Made by a program: the position numbers and the translations under genes
Notes under the pieces: generated by a model
Seen by the model: only the letters and a program-made list of their open reading frames with translations
Told to the model about the DNA's origin: nothing
Database searches by the model: none
Shown here: positions 9,992 through 17,600 of the stretch, in pieces
Layout of the letters: the number at the start of each line of letters is the position of its first letter
Numbering within the stretch: the stretch's first letter is position 1
NCBI GenBank assembly: GCA_041946805.1
Contig: JBHGBC010000071.1
Location: forward strand, 1-28,631
Direction: 5' to 3'
DNA: 28,631 nucleotides
Origin: a bacterium
Lineage (GTDB): Bacteria; Hinthialibacterota; Hinthialibacteria; Hinthialibacterales; Hinthialibacteraceae

Positions 9992-10055
9992 GATTGCCCT
10001 CGGTTTCCGGATAGGTACTCCCGGATGCTCCCGCGTAACGCGGGAATTCTTGATT

Positions 10056-10469
10056 TCAACGTCTCATCTCCCCTTCGGAGTAACTCTCCCCTTGTTTCAT
10101 TTCCGCCAACAGTTTCTGAAACATCGAACGGTCTTCCGCGTTCATGCGCGAAAGCCGCGGCAGGATTTTCAACAGGGTTCTCCAATTGCCTTCAAAATAC
10201 CCCTGCAAAATATAATTCAAAGCCTTCTGTTGTTCCTCCGATTGGCTGGTATTCGCCGAATAATAATACGTCCGGCCGAACTGCTCATGCCGCAGCATGC
10301 CTTTCTTCTCCAGAAACTTCAGCATGGTGGCGATGGAGGTATACGCTCCCGCGTTTTCTCCCCCCATCTCCAGGCGGATTTCCCTCACCGAAGCCAGACC
10401 GAGTTTCCAGACCGCGCGCATCACTTCCAATTCCCGTTCCGACAGGATTTTCGAACGTCTTCTGGACAT
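10056..10469 (-). CDS. BlaI/MecI/CopY family transcriptional repressor
   Basis: 'LSERELEVMRAVW...ASVREI...AYTSIATMLKFLEKKG...GRTYYY...YFEG' winged-helix signature. RBS GGGAGA. Confidence 0.9.
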   Translation of the reverse strand: MSRRRSKILSERELEVMRAVWKLGLASVREIRLEMGGENAGAYTSIATMLKFLEKKGMLRHEQFGRTYYYSANTSQSEEQQKALNYILQGYFEGNWRTLLKILPRLSRMNAEDRSMFQKLLAEMKQGESYSEGEMRR

Positions 10470-10673
10470 TTTTGTCTCCCTACTGTTTCAATGCAATTCC
10501 AACTCATCGGAACGACTCAAACATTCGGGAGCTTCCTCAACATCAGCCTCGAAGGGCATTACTGGCCAGGGAAATGCAAGAAAATGTAACTTACTCAGAA
10601 ACAAGGACCTTCGTCAAGGGTGTGATCCCATCCTGCCCCGGAGGGGATATCATTGCCATCGCCGCGGCCGGCC

Positions 10674-12017
10674 TTACCCGCTCCACTGAAATCCCTTGAT
10701 TCCGCTACGGGCGCAACTCCAGATCTGATTGTTCGCCCAGTCCCACAGGCGGCCCTTGTCCACGGTGATGTCCACGGGACTGACCGCCCAATCGCTGGGA
10801 TAACAGAAGGCGCCGATGCCCTGCACAAGCAGCGAATAAGCCAACAGGACATAAAAAATCCCCCGGAGCCCGCGGCGCGCGGCTAGCCGGTCCCACACCG
10901 CCGCCAGGTACAACATCAGGAACGGATACGTTTCGATCTGATACCGGGGACCGTAATGCGAATTGCCCCCCCACCAGACGATATATTTCCCGAAAACCAC
11001 CCACATGAGCACCGGTATGGGTATGGACCACGCGATCAGCCGCCACACGGGCCCCGGCTTGCGCCAGGCCTCCGCCATGCCCCATAAGGCGAACAGCAAA
11101 AACGGGCTGAACACGAAGATCCCCCGGCTGGGACTGATCAACTGCCCCGGCAATCCCACGCTCAAGGGCGTGGACCACGAAATTCCCACCATGCGGTCCA
11201 ATTCCCAATGCAAAGCGTGTAAAACCGAATCGCCCCCCTTCCACGAATTGAACAACGCCACGTTGTAACTTATCAACGCCGCCGACAACGCCGCCGCCGG
11301 GACGGTAAACACCCACGCCCTTCTCCCATACCGCGCCGTCATGCCGCAGCACAAGCCGGCCGCCCCGATGCCGTTCACCGTCCGGCACAGCACCGCGCAC
11401 CCCGCCGCCAAGCCGGACAACGCCGCGTAACCCGTGAAACCACGTCCGGTTTCTGCTTCCACAGCCCGGACCAAACCGTACAAACAGACCGTCCACCAGA
11501 AAACGCTCGGCCCATGCTGCCACAAACTCTGCGCGGCGATGGGCCACAACGCCGTCCCCAGCCCGTAGGCGGACGACAAGATCATGGCCCCCTCCGGGGC
11601 GGTCAGCCGCTTCAGGGTCAGATACATCACCAGCACCGAAAGCGCCGTATACAGCGCGCCGGACAACTTGGACAGGTATTTCCAGACCAGGTCGCCGTCG
11701 CCCGGCTCGATCAGCCCCATCCACACGAAAGGGGCATACACCGGCGCGGCCATGATCCCGGGAAACACCGGGTAATTGGAGACGATATGCCCCATCCGTC
11801 CGGAGACGTAATACGGCGTGTTGTGATAGGGGATATACTCGCGCAGATCGTCCAGGAACACGGTCCCGTGCTTGACCACGTTGACGGCCACGAACACCGT
11901 GGGCGTGGGATCCCCGCTGCTGATCTCCCGCCCGTTGATCAGATAGATGAAAAATGGGACGAAAAAGATCAGGATTTTATGCGTGTCGAAAAATAGAACG
12001 GTCCGGGACAGTGTCAT
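10674..12017 (-). CDS. Multi-TM membrane protein, probable GT-C fold glycosyltransferase
   Basis: About 10 hydrophobic segments, an acidic 'SGD' in the first periplasmic loop, and 'LWQH', 'SPSRGIFVFSP' and 'WWGG..YGPRY' motifs. The ATG at 12017 is preferred; the ORF extends to 12140. Confidence 0.65.
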   Translation of the reverse strand: MTLSRTVLFFDTHKILIFFVPFFIYLINGREISSGDPTPTVFVAVNVVKHGTVFLDDLREYIPYHNTPYYVSGRMGHIVSNYPVFPGIMAAPVYAPFVWMGLIEPGDGDLVWKYLSKLSGALYTALSVLVMYLTLKRLTAPEGAMILSSAYGLGTALWPIAAQSLWQHGPSVFWWTVCLYGLVRAVEAETGRGFTGYAALSGLAAGCAVLCRTVNGIGAAGLCCGMTARYGRRAWVFTVPAAALSAALISYNVALFNSWKGGDSVLHALHWELDRMVGISWSTPLSVGLPGQLISPSRGIFVFSPFLLFALWGMAEAWRKPGPVWRLIAWSIPIPVLMWVVFGKYIVWWGGNSHYGPRYQIETYPFLMLYLAAVWDRLAARRGLRGIFYVLLAYSLLVQGIGAFCYPSDWAVSPVDITVDKGRLWDWANNQIWSCARSGIKGFQWSG

Positions 12018-12436
12018 GGTGTGGATTCTACTTGCCCTTGGGGAATCTTGTGAATAGGCGTGAGCGGGAGGATTTCGTGTTCTGTTTGGAGCGTATCGTG
12101 GCAAGGATTTCCAGGCCATGTCCAAGGGCTGATAGGCCATGTCTCCTTTTCACTGACCCCCGGCATAGGGTTTTTTTCCGCCATTCATTTTCCGGAATCC
12201 CTGGTGACCGCTTGTCTCCCCTTCGGCATGAATTGGTAATTGGTCTTCCTTGCGATATAATACGATCGATGAAAATCCATGGCCGTGCAATTGCCGCCAT
12301 TCCCCCAGAAAAATAAACCAAAATACTTAGCCGATTCCCTGGAGGATGCGATAATATAGAGGAATGCGCAAGAAAAGAATCAAAATCGAGGAAACAAGAA
12401 GGCGAAGAACGCCTTGAATGAAAGGAGCGGATCATC

Positions 12437-12763
12437 ATGAACCAAGTGAAACTGTTAGCCATCATGACCGGAGTGGCGGTCTTCGCGGCCGGTTGCTACA
12501 CCTCGCCGGCTCAGGAAGGGGCCATGTGGGGCGGAGCCACCGGGGCGATCGCGGGGCAACTCATCGGCGGCGACACCAAAGGGACCTTGATCGGCGCGGG
12601 TGTGGGCGCGCTGGGCGGCGCGTTGATCAACGACCAATACCAGCGGGAGAAATCCAACGCCCGGCAGCAAGGGTACCAGGAAGGCTACAACCAGGGCGCG
12701 GCCCAGGGCGGCCCCCGCGGCTACACCCAGCAGCAACCCCAATACAACACCGCCCCCCGGTAA
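12437..12763 (+). CDS. Glycine-zipper lipoprotein (YMGG-like)
   Basis: Lipobox AAGC, GxxxG repeats 'GAMWGGATGAIAGQLIGG...GAGVGALGGALI' and a Q/Y/G-rich tail. RBS AAGGAG. Confidence 0.88.
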   Translation: MNQVKLLAIMTGVAVFAAGCYTSPAQEGAMWGGATGAIAGQLIGGDTKGTLIGAGVGALGGALINDQYQREKSNARQQGYQEGYNQGAAQGGPRGYTQQQPQYNTAPR

Positions 12764-12782
12764 TTCGACTCGGATTTGAATT

Positions 12783-12835
12783 AAAAAAAACACGCCCGGA
12801 GAGATTTGAGACCTCTCCGGGCGTTTTTGGTTTTT
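12783..12835 (+). terminator. Rho-independent terminator, probably bidirectional
   Basis: A-run, stem ACGCCCGGAGAG/CTCTCCGGGCGT and T-run, located between convergent genes. Confidence 0.8.
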
Positions 12836-12845
12836 CAAAGGTTTT

Positions 12846-12878
12846 CCCTCACCCTGGCCCTCTCCCGGGGGGAGAGGG
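12846..12878 (+). repeat. Dispersed palindromic repeat CCCTCACCC-N-CCCTCTCCC-N-GGGAGAGGG, copy 1
   Basis: Near-identical to 20330-20362 and, inverted, to 23146-23178. Confidence 0.85.
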
Positions 12879-12890
12879 AAGAAGTTATTT

Positions 12891-12923
12891 GGTGGGCTAC
12901 CCTGCGCTTTGAGCCCACCCTGC
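12891..12923 (-). repeat. REP-like palindrome GCAGGGTGGGCT-N-AGCCCACC
   Basis: 8-bp stem GGTGGGCT/AGCCCACC with a GCAG lead on the minus strand. It resembles 3756-3786. Confidence 0.55.
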
Positions 12924-12963
12924 ATTGGGCTTTGTAATCCAAACTGAAAATTATGTGCAATTT

Positions 12964-14010
12964 CTACTTGTCTAGTGTCCCGGCCTTGGCGGTAAAATGG
13001 CGCGTGAGTACCTGATCCCATCTCCCGCGGAAGGGCTTCTCGATTTCCGTGAGAGGTTTCAGCCCGAATATCACCGCGATCGTGACCGGATCCACGCGGT
13101 ACGCGGTGTGCCCTTCATAAAATCCGTACCGCATGATGTAGTACGGTTCCATCTCGCCCGTGCGCAGCCGCGTCAGCCGGTCAATCAAGGCCGCCCGTTC
13201 GGCCGCGCTCAAATGCTCGTACGCCTGCCGCAGGAATTTCAACTCGTTTCCGTCCAACTCCCGCCAAAGTTCGATGTCAAACGCGCCCTTGATCTCATCG
13301 TTGAAGATGGATTCCTGAAATCCTTTGGTCCGCTTGGACTGAAGGTGAATCTCCCGTCCATGATACCAAAAACGGCTCACATCTTCTGAAAACCGCCCCA
13401 GCTTGCCGAGTTCGTACTCCCGGAGCAGCAGATTCCAGACGTGAAACAGGGGACGGGCCAGATCGGGGTGTTTCAAGCCCAACCGCCGCACCAGATCGTT
13501 GTCACCCCGCAGCACCGATAGGATGTCCTCGTCCTCGGCCAAGAAACCGATACCGGAAGTTGTCCCCGGCCGTCCCAGGCGGGTTATTTCCTCCACCGGC
13601 TTCCCCGTGATGCTCTTCACGCGCTCCAGCTCCTCCACGGAGTGCAGTCCGCTGGCCGCCAGGGTTGGAAAATCACTGCCATCGACCTGCAACTGCCCGC
13701 CTTTGCCGATCTTCTCGGCTCCATACTGCAGGTTGGCGCCGCCGTTTTCCACGGTCACCAGTACCAAGGCGCTTGGCCCCGCGGCCGTGCGGACCACCAG
13801 GTATTCAAGCCCCTCCCGGGTTACGCCCGGCGAGGTCAGCGTGAGAGCCGGAGGCAACGTGGCTGGATAAACCGGCACCTGTTGTTCCCCGATCGTCACG
13901 AACTCCGGATTCACCAAGTCCACGTTCAGCGCCGCCGCATACCCCGAGGCGGCCACCGCCGCAAGGAGCAATCCGCCAATCCACCGCCATCCCTTGATTT
14001 GGATATGCAT
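12964..14010 (-). CDS. Secreted hypothetical protein
   Basis: 348 aa with a signal peptide (WIGGLLLAAVAASGYA) and host-like codon use. The C-domain looks conserved (GFLAEDE; YGFYEGHTAYRVDP). Function not recognised. Confidence 0.75.
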   Translation of the reverse strand: MHIQIKGWRWIGGLLLAAVAASGYAAALNVDLVNPEFVTIGEQQVPVYPATLPPALTLTSPGVTREGLEYLVVRTAAGPSALVLVTVENGGANLQYGAEKIGKGGQLQVDGSDFPTLAASGLHSVEELERVKSITGKPVEEITRLGRPGTTSGIGFLAEDEDILSVLRGDNDLVRRLGLKHPDLARPLFHVWNLLLREYELGKLGRFSEDVSRFWYHGREIHLQSKRTKGFQESIFNDEIKGAFDIELWRELDGNELKFLRQAYEHLSAAERAALIDRLTRLRTGEMEPYYIMRYGFYEGHTAYRVDPVTIAVIFGLKPLTEIEKPFRGRWDQVLTRHFTAKAGTLDK

Positions 14011-14099
14011 TGGCTTCCCTTTCCCTATCTCATGATGCAGATGTTCATTACCGGATCCCGCCGATCAATCCCTGTCCGGACTTTGGATAACCGCGCCGC

Positions 14100-14609
14100 T
14101 CAGCCTCTTGACTGGGTCTCATGCTCAGCGAGGAATCGCTCGACGTCGCCGATGAATTGGCCGGCTTTCTCTTCGATGCACGCCGTCAGGCGGTCGAGGC
14201 CGCCAAAGTCGAAGTCCTCGGCCAGGCCGTACTCCAGGATCGAGTCAACCCCCTTGGCCGGCGCCACCAGGCGGTATGCAGTCCAGCGGCTGTCCCGGAA
14301 CAACTCCCAGTATTTCCGTTGAACCTGCCTGTTTCTTCCCGCGAGCCATATTTCGAATCGGAACGCTTCGTAATTGAATACAATCGCGGCCTTCAAGTCC
14401 CGTTGCTTGAGCGGCGGCGGGATAATGGCGAAATAGGTCATATCCATGCATCCCTGATAAATCCCCGAAATGGAGTGATTCGGGTAAATGTTCTTGAAAT
14501 GCGTCCGCAAATTCATCATGTACCCGAGCAGCGCTCTGTATGCCTTTTGGATCGACCCGGTCCGAAGCTGGCCCCGAAGGTAATTCATGTCTTCCTGTAT
14601 CGATGGCAT
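14100..14609 (-). CDS. Conserved hypothetical protein (DUF7000-like)
   Basis: 169 aa with RBS GAGGAG. 'IQKAYRAL..YMMNLRTHF...YQG.MDMTYF...IVFNY..FRFEIWLAGRN..VQ.KYW' resembles this family as I recall it. Confidence 0.7.
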   Translation of the reverse strand: MPSIQEDMNYLRGQLRTGSIQKAYRALLGYMMNLRTHFKNIYPNHSISGIYQGCMDMTYFAIIPPPLKQRDLKAAIVFNYEAFRFEIWLAGRNRQVQRKYWELFRDSRWTAYRLVAPAKGVDSILEYGLAEDFDFGGLDRLTACIEEKAGQFIGDVERFLAEHETQSRG

Positions 14610-14699
14610 GCCTCACTCCTCGTCTTGCGAAAGATGGCCTGATGGTTGGAACCTGTCTCCGCCCGCGAGCGGGAATCCGGACCATTGGGTTGGATCCCC

Positions 14700-17600
14700 T
14701 CACTTCACTTCCAACTCGCTCGGCGGAGCGGCCTGCTTCTGCTCCGGATTGTAATATTCGTAAATCACCGCTTCCGGGGCCTTGGCCGTCATGGGCAGCG
14801 TCGCCTTCATGGGAACCTCGAGATCCAACGCCGCGCCACCTTCCATCGACTCCAGGTAGATCAACAGCTGCCGGGCGGTCAGCGTGTACCGGGCGATGGT
14901 TTTTTGGTCCACGTACTCGTCCAGCGTGGGCCGTTCCACCCGGAATCCGGGCGGGATGCCCACATCGATCATCACCATCTCCACCCGCTCCGGCCGCTGG
15001 TTCTTCGCGTGGATCCGGCAGGTCACCGTATCGTTGCGCCGCAGTTCCTTCCGGTCGTAATCCACCTGGATGTCAAACGGCGCGGCCGCGGTCTTTACCT
15101 CGCCCCACGGTTCGAAATATGTGCCTACGACCTGGTACAGCAGGCTGCCCTCCCCCTCCAGGTCGATTTCGATGGTTTGTTCATTCCCTTTAACGTATGG
15201 GCTCAAATCGATCTGCCGGAACAGGTCCGCGTTCTCCGGCGTGACCGCCAACCGCGCCGCGTCCTGCCCGTTCACCCGCGCCAGGACCGTGGCGTTGACC
15301 TCCCGCGTCGCCTGCTTCAGTGACAAGACCATCGCCTTGAGGGCCAGCACCGTCCCGTGCGTGGTCCCCCAGGTGCCTTGGGGATCCTTCTGCTGGATCA
15401 GCCAGTTAAGCGCCTTTCCCGTCTCGGTGTTGAACCGCCCGTCCTGGATCAGGGCCATCGCCGCCCAGGCCGTGGCCTCTACCGAGGCATGATCGCCCCG
15501 CGCATAACTCATGCTCGCTTCGGCGGCCCAGTGCATCTCGTTGCCTTGGATTTCACCCAGATTCACCAGTCGTTGGACACATTCCCGGGTAATATCACTG
15601 TCAGGAACCAGGGCTTGCAAGGCGTTGCACAGAATCCCCAGCGTGTAGGCGTCTGTCGCGTCTCCGGCGTGCTCCAAGAGATATTGCGTAGTGGGTCCGA
15701 GCTCGGATGGCGCCTCCGTCCGGCTGAGCGCCAGCGCCACGTAGGCCGTGGTCAGGAGCGGATTGTCCTGGATGCTTTGCCACATCTCGGCATGCGCGTA
15801 GTTTTCGTCCGGATCCCAGGTCCCGTCCGGCCGCCGTTGATCGATCAGCCAGCGCGCCGTGCGGGGGATGAGGTTTTCGTCCACCGGGTACACCTCGTTC
15901 ATGTCGGCGAATTCCATCAGCCCATACGCCGTCAACACACGCGTGGCCGGGGGATTGCCGAACACCTGGAATCCGCCGCCGGGGATCTCGAACGTCAACA
16001 GCCGCTGGTAGCCCAGGTTGATATACTCCCGCGCCTTCATCTCGATTTCCGGCGTGATGTTCTGGGTTTGCTTCATGTAATTCAGCGCCAGCACGTTGGG
16101 ATACGTGGTCGAGCTGGTCTGCTCGAAACACCCGTTGGGCATTTGCAGGATCGAATCCAGCCCCTCCACCACCTGGCTGAAGATGCCGGGATAAATCTTC
16201 ACGAACAATTTGTCCGCGCCCGGAACCCGTCCTTCGGGGAACATCACTGTGTGCTTCACGCCGTTGTCCAGCCGCCCGTTGAACGTGATGTACCGCGCTT
16301 CGCCGTTGGGCCGCACCTCGATGTCCCGCCCCGTGGCGTCGCGGTCCTCGGTTCCCCAGGCGTACACTGTCAGCGGGTTCTTCCCCAGCCGGGTGGCGCG
16401 GACACGGTACGACACCGAGGTCACTTCATTGGCCGCCACGCTCACGCGGCGCTCGAATCCGCCTTCCAGCAGGTCAAACCAGGGCGCGCGTTCCAGCTCC
16501 ACTTGCACGGTCTGCTCGGCCGGCAGGTAGTTGTACACCGCCACGGGAATCGTCACTTCGTCGTCCTGGATCAACGCCACCGGCAGGTCCAGATCCACGA
16601 AGAAGGGCTTGAACACCTTCAGCGCCGCCGTGGAATCGCCCACCGCCCCGTTTTTCGCGTTGGCCATCGCCGACATCCGCCAGGTGGTGATCGAATCGGC
16701 CACGGGCAGATTCAGCATCGCCAGCCCTTGCTCGTCGGTGATCAATTCGGGTGTGTAGAACAGCGTCTCGGGGAAATATCGCCGCACCCGCACCGATTTG
16801 TCTTTCACCGCTTCATTACGGATAATCTCGGCGGGAGAAGCCGGAGTAGTGGCCATCTGCTGTTCCAATTCCGTGACCTTGACGATCTCTTCCCGGATTG
16901 CATGTTTCAATTCGCGGGATTCCTCGTCTTGTTTAAGAAGGCTCTCACGTAGTTGCGTGCCGTCCACCTCGCCGTTCACCGCCAGCGGCAGGGTTTCCTC
17001 TTCACCCAGGGCCACGGCTTTATCGGGATCGAGCACCGAGGCCGGATCGGGGACCTGAAGTTCATTCGATAAATCCAAATTCCCGAGTTGTTGAGCGGGA
17101 ACGGCTTCATGGACTTTTTCTCCAACAAAAATCCCACTTTCATCCTGCCCTGCCAGTTTCCTGAAATCCGCTCCGGCGAGTTCGGGCTGGTTGTTTTTTT
17201 CAACATTGGGAAATGCCAGAGATAGCGATTCCTTCAAATCCATTGGCATCGCTCCGGCGGGGGCCTCTTCCGGCGCGGCCATCATCCCGTAGCCGCCCGC
17301 CATTTCGGCTTCCACTTCGACCCTAGCCAGCCGTTCAGCGCCCTTGGCCATGTCCAGTATTATGGGCGCGCCCACGATGATCTCCGGCTGCTGGATTCCA
17401 TCCAATAAAGCACTCCCCTTGTCCCCAACGGCGCGCCCCCGTTCCATGGGGCCGCCCATCCTGCGGAGGTTGAATCCCCTCCGCCCGTAGCGGTCCACCG
17501 GGACGTTCGGCACGGCGTAGAGGTACTGAGCCTGGTCACCGCCCGGTCCGGCCCTGCCTCCCTTATCACCCTGGAGCGCCGGTTCCTGGGGCTGGGCGGC

